The notes beneath the pieces were generated by a model. The model saw only the letters and a list, made by a program, of their open reading frames with translations. It was not told where the DNA came from and searched no databases. A stretch of DNA of 64,000 nt from Octopus sinensis (Eukaryota). Position 1 is the first letter of the stretch. Each line of letters opens with the position of its first letter. The DNA lies in the NCBI RefSeq assembly GCF_006345805.1, contig NC_043013.1:33046001-33110000 (forward strand), read 5' to 3'. The translations under genes were made by a program, and so were the position numbers. Below, piece after piece: positions 26,615 to 38,562 of this stretch.

Positions 26615-26717
26615 GGCGAAGACGGGTGGTGTACAAAACAAACAGATGTATTAGATTAACGCTCAGGAATACAAAAAGGATTTTACGTTTCGAGCCTACG
26701 CTCTTCTACAGAAAAGG
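26615..26717 (-). mobile_element. PLE pLTR-like segment, HHR family B, copy 2
   Basis: Minus strand TTTT-CTGTAGA-A-GAGC-GTAG-GCTC-GAAAC-GTA-AAAT, followed by sequence shared with 21610-21680. Confidence 0.7.
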
Positions 26718-26719
26718 AC

Positions 26720-26752
<33 letters not shown>

Positions 26753-27448
26753 TTCTATCAGCTATTTCACGATTACCTCGTTCATTCCATACCTCGTTCT
26801 TTCGTTCCCCCTCTGTCACATTTTCTTGCCTTCTCTTCATGCTCACATTCCCTCTTCTTTTCACTTCACTGTCTCCCTGTTATTTTTTCTCGCCCATCCT
26901 TGTTTCTTCTGTCCCTCTGCCTCTACTTCTCCATCTCTCTCTTCTCTCCCCATGTGACCGGTGTTCGGCCAAGCCTAACCTTTCTTGGTTCGGCCGCTGT
27001 CCGTGCAATATCTTCATTCCTCCTTGTGCCTGTGAAATCTTGTACCCTGCCGTCAGGCTTTACATCCACACACGCCAGCTTAATTTAATTCGTCCTTAGT
27101 GGAAAGACACCTGTTGTTATGTCCTGTTATTTGTATTCGTGTAACATTCTCCATTTTTTCAGTTCTTGTTTTCGTATACGCTGCTTTTTTCCAAGGAATC
27201 TAATGCTCTTAGCTTTGTTATTTCCTTGGTGCTGGTAAGATTGGAGCAATCTCGAGTATAACAAACCGAAATTACAAAGATAATCTGGAACTCGACTGAG
27301 GAAAGAAAACTTCGAATGACCCGTCCTTTTTTGTGTATCGTCTATGTGGATGTTTTGTTGTCCCTCTTTTTTGTATCACCTAACTGTGTGGATGTTTTGC
27401 GTTCTTGTCCCATGTTGCTTTATATATATATATATATATATACACGCC

Positions 27449-27497
<49 letters not shown>

Positions 27498-27720
27498 TTA
27501 CTAGGAAAAGGATTCGTGGCGTTCGATCATATAATAATGTAAATAATATATAAATATATGCATACATACAGATATGTACATACCTACATATATATGTATA
27601 TATGCATGCATATATGGGTACAGGACATCGAAAAAGCGTTAAACATAATGATAAACGAAAACAAAAAAAAAGCATAGAAACAAACTTTTTTTCCGAAGAA
27701 CGAACAAAACAGAGAAACGA

Positions 27721-27927
27721 GACATCTGGTTCGGTCCAGACCTCCAAATGGAGAAGAATTGGGGCGAAATAACGACTAGGGTGGCCACTCTCACCCAGCA
27801 ATGGGCTGAGAGGAAGCTATCTCTAATTGGTCGTGCGGAGGTGGCGAGCGCATACATCGCATCCGTCATCGATTACCGTCTGACCGTCGTGCCTTGTCTC
27901 GACCCTACCATCACCAAACTGGAACGC
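27721..27927 (+). mobile_element. Tx1/L1-clade ORF2 fragment (end of RT domain and downstream)
   Basis: DIWFGPDLQMEKNWGEITTRVATLTQQWAERKLSLIGRAEVASAYIASVIDYRLTVVP matches the W.xR.LS..GR...S motif following RT domain 7 in L1/Tx1. Confidence 0.75.
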
Positions 27928-27940
27928 ACAAAGCCCCAAA

Positions 27941-28055
27941 TTGCAGGTGGGGCCCAGTTAGAATTTTCTTCTGGTCGAGTAGCCCATCCCGCTCAAAAGG
28001 TCCTTGAATATGCATTGTTTAAGGTTGTTGAATGAACCACCCATGATTCCAAAGA
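27941..28055. mobile_element. Partial copy of unclassified repeat X
   Basis: ggggcccagttagaattttcttctggtcgagtagcccatc...aaggtccttgaata matches 29670-29780 and 63685-63790. Confidence 0.85.
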
Positions 28056-28059
28056 TGAA

Positions 28060-28206
28060 ATTTTGGGGAAGGGACTAAGTCGAACGCATCGACCTTAGTA
28101 CTTATTTACTCGATCCCGAAAGGCAAAATTGACTTCGGTGGAATTTGATCTCAGAACGTGGTAGACGGACGAAATACCGCAAAGCATTTCTGCCAGCTCG
28201 CCGCCC
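28060..28206 (-). mobile_element. SINE S3 with internal deletions
   Basis: gtacttattt...cccgaaaggcaaa...tttctgccagctcgccgcc. Confidence 0.8.
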
Positions 28207-28261
28207 TAGTTAAAAGAATTATATGTAACATGATAATACTTGAAAGCGTTTCACCAAAGTG

Positions 28262-28442
28262 CAGTTCTATATTTAAGAGATGAGGAATTATATACATTAT
28301 TTACATTATTTACATTTGACGGATATTTGTCCCCATCTTAATTGTTGTTAACACAACATTTCGGCTGATATAACCTCCAGCCTTCAGCAGGTGTCTTGGG
28401 GAAATTTCGAACCTGGCTTCTCATTCCTAAGGTATGTTTCGA

Positions 28443-28447
<5 letters not shown>
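28262..28447 (-). mobile_element. HHR family A tail of a composite tRNA-(AAT)n-HHR element
   Basis: Minus strand GACAC-CTGCTGA-A-GGCTG-gaggttatat-CAGCC-GAAAT-GTT-GTGTT: stem II is perfect and stem I is GACAC/GTGTT, but the core has A6>C. Homologous to 35837-35993 and 63371-63468. Confidence 0.75.
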
Positions 28448-29479
<1,032 letters not shown>

Positions 29480-29498
29480 TATTATTATTATTATTATT

Positions 29499-30000
29499 GA
29501 CTGAGAGAGCAGTGCATGCTATCAAAGTGACACTGGGGCAAAATATACGAAGCCCAGTATACCCATCATGACTACCCGTCTGATAAGCGTACACCAGGCA
29601 CATACATCACAACCATATGTGCATGACATGGTGATCTCATATCAAGATAAAGAGCTCATGACCTTACAGCTGGGGCCCAGTTAGAATTTTCGTCTGGTCG
29701 AGTAGCCCATCCTGCTCAAAAGGTCCTTGAATAAGGATTGTTTAAGGTTGTTGAAAGAACCACCCATGCTTCCGAAGGTTAATTATCCAAACCTCTAAGA
29801 ATTCCTTTCAACACACGGTTATGTTGCTGCCCCACTACTTCTACTTTTGATCAGACATGCACATTTCGTCAACCAGTAAGGGACATTGTCAACTGGTTAA
29901 GGTCAAACAATTGACAAGCAAATCTGTGGTATTAAGCAGAATATTTGCTGTAACCCATCTTTTAAACCAACTCAAAACAATGTACGTGATAACACTTCCA
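29499..30000. mobile_element. Unclassified ~500-bp repeat X bracketed by (AAT)n
   Basis: Colinear with 63514-64000 (roughly 80% identical by eye); (ATT)n on both sides; no recognisable ORF or Pol III boxes. Confidence 0.8.
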
Positions 30001-30068
<68 letters not shown>

Positions 30069-30383
30069 GTTTTTTCCTTCTTTCTTCAAATTTTCTTCCG
30101 TTTCTCGCCGAGTGTTTTCCATACACCTAGGGCAGAGAAGCTCATTGTATGCATTCCCAGATTACACGCGCAAATTCACCGATAAAATATGTATTTAAAA
30201 ATTAATAAATAAATATATTCATGGCTGGATGTTGTTTTCACAGCGTTAATGCTCTTCTCAGTACATGAGCCGTTCCAGTTAATACGATTTTTTGCACTTC
30301 CTGTAGGGATGGTAAGCCTGAAATCATTTTCAAATAGGTTTCAGTACCTTTTTTTATCATTCCTAGAGATCCTACAATCACTG

Positions 30384-30384
<1 letters not shown>
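30069..30384 (-). mobile_element. R4/Dong-clade LINE 3' end (family 2), in (AAT)n
   Basis: 30384-30238 reads PVIVGSLGMIKKGTETYLKMISGLPSLQEVQKIVLTGTAHVLRRALTL*, homologous to but divergent from family 1; different 3' UTR; (AAT)n on both sides. Confidence 0.85.
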
Positions 30385-30448
<64 letters not shown>

Positions 30449-30464
30449 TTATTATTATTATTAC

Positions 30465-30498
<34 letters not shown>

Positions 30499-30544
30499 TA
30501 TTATTATTTATTATTATTTTATTATTATTATTACTATTATTATT

Positions 30545-30624
30545 CAGGTCACTGCTTGGAATCGGACTCGGAATCTTAACCACTACGCCATATGCCCGTC
30601 AAATGTAAATAATGTAAATAATGT
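30545..30624 (-). mobile_element. tRNA-derived head plus inverted copy of the family A tail
   Basis: Minus strand GGGCATATGGCGTAGTGGTTAAG (A box)-ATTCCGAGTCCGATTCC (B-box-like)-AAGCAGTGACCTG(AAT)n; 30596-30624 is the exact reverse complement of 28294-28322. Confidence 0.75.
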
Positions 30625-31149
30625 TTCACCGGAAGTTTAGTATCTGAGAATGAGCATTCAAGAAGACAGTTAAGAGGACTTCCTACATTTTTTCTTCCTC
30701 TTATCACTCGTATCTATACCGGAAACTGTACCGAAACTTTATAGTGCTTAAAGGTTTGCAACTTTTAACTCCACCATTACTGGTCCTCAACCCGGGTACG
30801 AAACGAGGAATGTGGTCAGCGGGATGGCCACCCGTCACAAGAACCACTCACGCTGGGAAAGCAACAATCATTACAGAAACAGCAAGAAAATAGCTGTCAA
30901 TGATGCTCGGCGAGAAGAGAAGGTTAAGTCCCCAAGTTCTGATGTTGTGTATGTGTTTCTTGCCCAAATCGGAAAAGTGACCGAAGTAAGTACCAGGCTT
31001 ATATATAAAAAGAAAAGTAACGGGGTCTGTTTGGTCGACAAAAATTCTTCAAGGCGATGCCCCAGCATGGCCGCAGTCTAATGACATAAGTAACTGGAAG
31101 TAAAAAGTAAAGGAAAAAGGAGGAATAAAGATAAATAGATTGACAGAGA

Positions 31150-31176
31150 GGGATAGGGAGAGGGAGAGGGAGAGGG
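31150..31176 (+). other. G-quadruplex-compatible tract
   Basis: GGG-ATA-GGG-AGA-GGG-AGA-GGG-AGA-GGG. Confidence 0.6.
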
Positions 31177-31212
31177 AGAGGAAAGGAGAAACAAACAAAC
31201 GGTGTCTGATAG

Positions 31213-31255
<43 letters not shown>

Positions 31256-31262
31256 AAGAGTG

Positions 31263-31316
<54 letters not shown>

Positions 31317-31579
31317 GAAAGATGGACAGACGAAATGCTGCTAAGCATTTTGCCCGGCGTGCTAACGTTTCTGCCAGCTCGCCGCCTTTCAGGCGATTAA
31401 ATAAGGAACGTTGACGATTGTAGACATCTTGCTTCTGGATGAATAACCCTACTGCACTAATATAAAAACTAAATTTTAATTGGCTTCTGAAAGTCTAAGA
31501 GTTTTAATTCAATTTGTCTATGAACCTACAAGGTCTATTTTCTCGTATCTGAATTTCTATACCAGCTCCTCTATATTCA

Positions 31580-31770
31580 AGTTTCTGGCAGAATCATTAG
31601 CATGCCGGACAAACTTCTTAGCAGTATTTCGTCCGTCTTTACATTCTGAGTTCTCTGAAGTTGACTCTTGACTTTTATCCTTTCCGGGTCGATGGAATAA
31701 GTACCAGTTGTGCACTGGGACTGGAGTCAAGGTAATCGGCTATCTCCCTCACCCGCACCTCAAAATGTTA
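31580..31770 (+). mobile_element. SINE S3, diverged
   Basis: tggcagaatcattagcatgccgg...gtatttcgtccgtctttacattctgagttc. Confidence 0.8.
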
Positions 31771-32426
31771 TCCTTGTGTTAAAGTCCTGGTATTTTGGGG
31801 GTTTGAGGTAACCGATTAAAGAGATTAATTTTTAAACAGATTAACGATTGAAGAGGTTAATGATCTCATAATTTTTCGCCTAACGCTCATACGTCAGATT
31901 GCGCACAGAAGCGTCTTCCCAGCAGACACCAGAAATTTTTCGCTCTCGAGAGTTGCATTTCTTTCCAGGAACAGACGCCTCGAAAACATTATCCAATGAA
32001 ATCATAGAAACTTAAAGGTATTTCGAAATTCCAAACACACAATTATTGTATCTACGAATAGAACAGTTTGGAAATACATCTTATGGAAGCATGATGAACA
32101 CCTAAACTGCATGGCTGTCTTTCCTACGAATATAAGCAAGCGCGCGAGTCTGCGTGCTTCAATGTAATTCGTGTGTGTTTATTCCTGAGGTTTTGTGTAT
32201 GCCAATATCTAAAGATACATAGAAACTCACACATATACATTGATGCAAATATGCAAATATCATTCTATATATCTATTCTATATCTATATATCAGTATACA
32301 CACACACACACGTTTACACACGCATATATGTAGATATATATATATATATATATGGATAGACCGATAAACATATGAATCATATACATGTATATGTTCATGT
32401 AGCTATGCCTTATATATATGTGTGTA

Positions 32427-32492
<66 letters not shown>

Positions 32493-32529
32493 TATACATA
32501 TACATATATATATGTGTATGTGTGTGGGG

Positions 32530-32567
<38 letters not shown>

Positions 32568-32574
<7 letters not shown>

Positions 32575-33559
32575 CACAATTGAGGGTAAAATTAATGAAT
32601 TATTAATCAATTTCACCAAGTATTCAGTATGCAAAGGGACCATTTAAGGCGAATTCAAATTATTACATTATATAAAAGGGCTTAGTAAAATAAATTACTT
32701 TGCCGCATACTGAACTCATTAGAAATAGTAGCTAAAAAGACTTTTTTAAAACTATTTCTAATACTTAAAGAAAACCTCTCTCATATAGTGTTTGCTCAAT
32801 TCAACTCACGAAAGTATGGGGGTAAAGACATTAAAAAATCAAATGCAAAGGTTATTTGAGAACGTACGTTTCAAGATTAGTCAACTCGACATTTCTATCA
32901 TCAGCTCAGAACTCCTTGGTTTGGATTTGAAAACACTGAAAGTGGGAGCATACCCTTTCGGCTTCTTATCGCTTCTGAAGATCTGCTCGAAACTAACAGT
33001 GCCAGCAAACTCAAATATGCAAGCGAAGAATTTCTGCTCTCCCCTTTCCACCAGCGTGGGTTAAAATCAGTAAACACTATGCTTTTTTCGGTAAAATCCG
33101 AGGCATTAAATAGAGAGAGATGAATTATAATTTCAACATCAACAATTGAGGGTAAAATTAATTAATTATTAATCATTTCACCAAGTATTCAGTATGCAAA
33201 GGGACCATTTAAGGCGAATTCAAATTATTACATTATATAAAAGGGCTTAGTAAAATAAATTACTTTGCCGCATACTGAACTCATTAGAAATAGTAGCTAA
33301 AAAGACTTTTTTAAAACTATTTCTAATACTTAAATGTCGAGTTGACTAATCTTGAAACGTACGTTCTCAAATAACCTTTGTATTTGATTTTTTAATGTCT
33401 TTACCCCCATACTTTCGTGAGTTGAATTGAGCAAACACTATATGAGAGAGGTTTTCTTTAAGTGTTAGAAATAGTTTTAAAAAAGTCTTTTTAGCTACTA
33501 TTTCTAATGAGTTCAGTATGCGGCAAAGTAATTTATTTTACTAAGCCCTTTTATATAAT
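32568..33559 (-). mobile_element. Non-autonomous PLE/retrozyme-like element: 566-bp tandem unit plus 228-bp inversion
   Basis: 32576-32769 is repeated directly at 33142-33334; 33332-33559 is the reverse complement of 32667-32894; copies are near-identical; (TA)n on both flanks. Confidence 0.8.
32851..32914 (-). ncRNA. Type I hammerhead ribozyme (family C), core intact
   Basis: TGAG-CTGATGA-t-AGA-aat-GTC-gagtt-GAC-taa-TCT-t-GAAAC-gtac-GTT-CTCA: stem I TGAG/CTCA, palindromic stem III AACGTACGTT, GUU triplet. The 10.1-11.1 pair is U-U, not G-C. Confidence 0.7.
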
Positions 33560-34061
33560 ATATATATATATATATATCATTATTTCTGAGTTAATTTTTT
33601 CCTTCGTGTGATCTTTGCAATTTTTCTTTTGCATCGAAGGTTTAGATTTCCAAAAAGATGGCAATATCGTGACTAAATTCCTGCTATTTTCTGTTACCTA
33701 ATTTGCTTTGTGTGTGTGTGTATATTGTATATTTATTCTTTTTGCCAGTACAATGATGGATGCATGCTTTATTGCTCTCTCTCTCTCTGTCCCTCCTTCT
33801 ATCTCTTCCCCATCTCTGTCTCTCCCTTTTTCCATGAACATACACATACATATAACTATATATGCATATGTATAGATATGCATATAATGACATACAATAA
33901 AATTGGTAGATAGATGCATACCTATATACATACCATATATCATATCAACGTATATACGTGCATACTTAGGTACGTAATATACATACGTAAGCGCACATAT
34001 ATGGATGAACATTTACATATATAACGAATATATGTACATGTTCACACACACATACACACAT

Positions 34062-34136
<75 letters not shown>

Positions 34137-35836
34137 CGCGCATAAGCAGAGATGCACACATACGCGCACGCTCGCACACATAAATTATCTCTCTGAATTA
34201 TCTGTAATAGAAGGAACAAACCTAGTAATTACGGGTTAGTAAAAAAAATTGCCATGTTTGATTTTCTTCTCTCTCTTTCTGGTTATCTTTTTCTTTCTCT
34301 CATTTGCTTTCTCGGTATTTTCCCTTTATGATTCTTGATCGTTTTTCATTTACTAATTCGTTCATTCGTTCATTTACTCCACCATACATTTAAGCATAAT
34401 ACAAAGATACCATCGTAGTATCTATTGTCTCAAATTACAAGCTCACCCCCCTCTTCCACAGTTACCAAAGTACGGTTATTTTTCCTTGTCTCTCACGTCT
34501 TTTTTGTCATTCACTTATTCTCATATACCCCATCTCTTCATCGTCTCTTTCCTCATTATCTCTCAATCATTATGATTCTCCTTGTTATTTTTAAACGAAA
34601 GACATTCACCAAGGTCCAATGCATTCAATCTGCAACATTTTCAATGTGTCCTTCATTTTCAAGACATTAATACTTGTAATTTATGGGAAATTCTGTTGCT
34701 ATTTCTTACTTGTGAGCGGCCGTTACGAGTCTGTTTCTGATTTTATCTATGAAGTTTATTGTATCCTGGCTCATCCTTAATCACGCAAATCTGTTCATCA
34801 CAAATGTGTACATACATTCTGTATGTACACCAGGGATTACACTGTACGGGGAATTCTTAGTTTGTAATACGTATCACTTAAAAGACGATTTTAAAGCAGT
34901 TTCTACCAAATTAACCAAATGATTTGAAGTTTCACTCGTCGGCTCGCTAAAATCATCTTGTACGCAAATGTTTTGTTTGTATATATACGAATACTGGAGA
35001 CCGAAGACTGTTTTCGTTCCTTGTCTACAGGACCATCTACCTAAAACTTTATTACATCAATATCATCCGGTATTAAGCAGTTTGGTTTTCCATGGAACAA
35101 ACACAGTAGAAAAGAGAAAAAATATCGGTGTTTTATGAAGCAGAGTAGTTCCCTAATGTTTCATTCAAATAGATTTTTATCACTGCTAAGTATTCCCCTA
35201 AATACCTCTTCCTATTTTGAAGTGTCATAGCAATTTTATTATCGTTGTTCATCTCCAGAGGCGTCTTGATTAAGCAGAAATAACGTCAAAAGTCTTTGGG
35301 CGTTGCGTTTCTCTCGCACCATTTTCCTACTGACGCTTTAGCTCTTGTTTAGACCAAAGAGAGCAAACTTGTAATCAAAAACATTCCATTCATGACTACC
35401 CCTTCATTTTCCTCGAATATAAGTAATCTAGTATTAAGCTGCATAATGTCCATCACTCATACTGGAACGGCAGGATTAATTTGAGATATATCTAGCTGCC
35501 ACTTTTAGCAAATTTAAGCAACTGGGTAGAGGCTCGTTCGTTGGTTCCTAAATCCCGAAGAAAGGATATATATATCCTGACCAATATACATCGGAAATTA
35601 TTTGATAACAAAATAAATCATTGTTTATATTTATAGGCTTTTGCTGTTTTATTTCTCACTGCTTTGTTGGGGCACAACGACCAAAGGTTTTAATCGACGC
35701 GATCAGAACTAGTATTGACATCAGCCTGGAAGGCGTCTGCGTCTGCTTTTAAAGATCTGCTCGATCGGTAATGGTCTGAAGTTAACAACAGCAAGAACAG
35801 GAACAAAAAAAAAATCGAGAAACAAATTCAGTGTAC

Positions 35837-35993
35837 ATTATTTACATTATTTACATTTACATCTTGTTTGTTGTTAACACAACGTTTCGGCTGATATACC
35901 CTCAAGCTTTCATCACGATGAGGACTAATATCCGTCAAATGTAAATAATGTAAATAATGTACATAATTCCTCATCTCTTAACTATAGAACTGG
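35837..35993. mobile_element. Fold-back insertion of the family A tail
   Basis: An antisense tail with partial HHR is joined to a sense tail end; flanks AATTCAGTGTAC (35825-35836) and AATTCATTGTAC (35994-36005) form an 11/12 TSD. Confidence 0.8.
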
Positions 35994-36032
35994 AATTCAT
36001 TGTACTTAAGGAGACAGACTAAAAAAAAAAAT

Positions 36033-36420
36033 AGGTGCAGACATGATGGTCTCGTTAAGGAATTTACATGGTTCTGCGTTCAGTCTCGAAGAATGCTAAT
36101 TTGGACAATTATAACCCTGGGCCGACCAGTGCATTTTGAGTGGATTTGGTAATATAGAAAAATGTACGAAAGAGCTTTGAATATATATGTGCTTTAAGTA
36201 TATGCATACATGTGTATAAGAGCTGATGAGTATCACTCTCACTGCATGGAAGCCGTTGTTGCTTTGTTGTCGACCACCATTTTGCTACAGTACCAGCAGA
36301 AGGGAATTTTTAGAGTAAGTACAAGGTTCAAAACATGTATTGTGGTCGATTCGATCGACTAAAACATTCATGTTGGTGCTCCGACATGGCCGCATTTCCT
36401 CGACTGATATAAACAAAAGA
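36033..36420 (+). mobile_element. SINE S2, old
   Basis: catggttctgcgttcagtc...gggccgacc...gagtggatttggta...gtcgattcgatcgactaaaa...catggccgca. Confidence 0.65.
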
Positions 36421-36561
36421 CCAAACAAATATAGTAAAAACGATCGGTGGGTTACTTAGATTTCTAAATGGAATTAAGCAGAAACACAGAAATCTGAAAC
36501 TGATGGCTTAACAACAGGAGACTTTGTGAGAACTCATGAAAATTATGACAATCCGATAAAA

Positions 36562-36678
36562 AGAAAAAAAAGACAAAACAAAAAATACAAGCAAAAAAAA
36601 AGAAAAAAAAGACAAAACAAAAAATACAAGCAAAAAAAAAGAAAAAAAAGACAAAACAAAAAATACAAGCAAAAAAAG
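36562..36678. repeat. 39-bp A-rich minisatellite x3
   Basis: AGAAAAAAAAGACAAAACAAAAAATACAAGCAAAAAAAA starts at 36562, 36601 and 36640. Confidence 0.95.
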
Positions 36679-37385
36679 AATCAAAACAAAATAAAAGGTA
36701 AAATATGAAATATAAATGGTCTCGATTTCCAAATTATTTCTATTTACTCATCTAGAAATCTTTGAAAATTCTTTAACCAAAATATCTCATTGTCCTAGAC
36801 TCATTCATTTTTTATAAGGAAGACCATCGAGGCAATAAATCATTTATTGTTCATTAAGCCCGTCAACTTCACTGTTTGCGCTCCTTTCTTTCATACTAGT
36901 TAACCTTTCTAAGCATCAAATATGTATTTGAGTAATTATGAAACCAGGAGCCACTTTCTTTCTCATCCCATACCCACTGTTTCTCTCTCTCTCCCCCTCT
37001 CTCTGTATTCTTGATTTTCTATCGCCATCACTCTCTCCTTTATGCCTGTTTACCCACCATCACCATCGCCATATCAAATTAGGTCTGACCATGTACTGAT
37101 CGATGTTGTTCATCCCTATGGCATGTGAATGTAACATGTTACCTTAAAGATAGCGTATCTGTTAGTGACATTGGCTTTTGTATATGGTGACTAATTTCTG
37201 TATCATAAGCACCTACGCACATATATGCACACATATATATACCACACACTTTTATGCATAAAAAGTTTTCATTCAAGTAAGATACAGTGTATTTATACCA
37301 CCACCACCACCAACACCACCACCACCATCACCACCACCACTATCACTACCACTACCACCACCACCACACCAGCACCACCGCCACA

Positions 37386-37416
<31 letters not shown>

Positions 37417-38299
37417 CAAACTATAGTGAAAAGGAAAAATAAATCTTTCAATCTTATTTAGCAAATACTTTATATGAATATCATTCTTGCGGTGCGCAGC
37501 TGTATCAGTGTTAGCTTTATATCAATTTCTTTAATCAACGCGTAGCTCCTTCCTACTCTGTATAACCGGAAAGAAGTCTCTACAGAAAATGAATAATTTG
37601 AAGTGAACATACGAAAGAAATAAGTCCTGTTGTCTCGCTCAGACCGTGCAGCCATGTGGCAGTCTCATTCGTTGCCTCTTGATGACTGCTTGATCTAGGC
37701 AGATTCTGTCTCGTTATCCATAGCTGAGATGATGAGAGATCAATATTACAATAAGACGTAACAAAGATCACTTTTTCCATCAGGTAAGTGAGATTTGGGT
37801 CTATTTTTACCAGATCTCAAGCGACTGTTGCCGGAGCAAATACAAACAATAGTTACGATTCGTTGAAATGGTATATCGCTGTATGCACTAACTGGTAGCA
37901 TGTGATTTGACTGGATAAAAGAAATACAGACATTTACATCTAATAAGCAATGTGGTTCAAATACAAAAAAAAAAATTAAATCTCAAGAAATTCTCTCTGG
38001 TATTTTTTTTTTGTTGCCATCACCGTATAGTCCTTTACTTACAGGCTACTTCATTTAGATAACCTGCTTTCGGTTTCAGGAGCTAGTTTTATAACTGCGG
38101 ATTCGCTGCTCATACAAAAAGAAGTCGCGACTGGCGGTTTCTAATCTTAAATATTCAGATATATGCGTATGTTTGTGTATGCGTAGTAAAATATAAGAAT
38201 AGGTATGCACACATTTTTCTCTGATTCTGTCTCCCTCCGTCTCTCTCTCTGTCTCTCTCTCTGTGTCTCCCTCTCCGTCTCTCGCTGTGTATATCTTCA

Positions 38300-38342
<43 letters not shown>

Positions 38343-38518
38343 GTATACAGACATACACACATACATGCGTGAGCGAATTAAATAAATTTAAGCTATTTTT
38401 ATATTTTTTATGTCTATGTGCGTTCTTGCTCGTGGCCATATTTACGCTCACTAATGTAACCCGCTGTTGCATCTAAGTGTAATGTATCATAGCGATTCGA
38501 TAAAAGATATCGATAAAA

Positions 38519-38562
<44 letters not shown>

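Noticed and set aside
27290-27330. CTGAGGA-AAG-AAAA-CTT-CGAAT hammerhead-like motif
   Set aside because: It has GAAT instead of GAAA, and no stem I partner.
31965-32025. 49-nt segment between a good acceptor (ttctttccag) and donor (AAG|GTATTT)
   Set aside because: All three frames contain stops, and there is no other evidence of a transcript.
32975-33000. Second hammerhead on the + strand of the 566-bp unit (CTGAAGA...GAAAC), which would imply ribozymes in both polarities
   Set aside because: Stem II cannot form, position 17 would be G, and there is no stem I partner.
34806-34830. 11-bp perfect hairpin GTGTACATACA-ttc-TGTATGTACAC
   Set aside because: It is composed of the TATG/ATAC motif that saturates the window, so it is expected by chance.
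37700-37790. Perfect donor CAG|GTAAGT at 37784
   Set aside because: No open upstream exon from any nearby acceptor; isolated consensus matches are expected in 64 kb.
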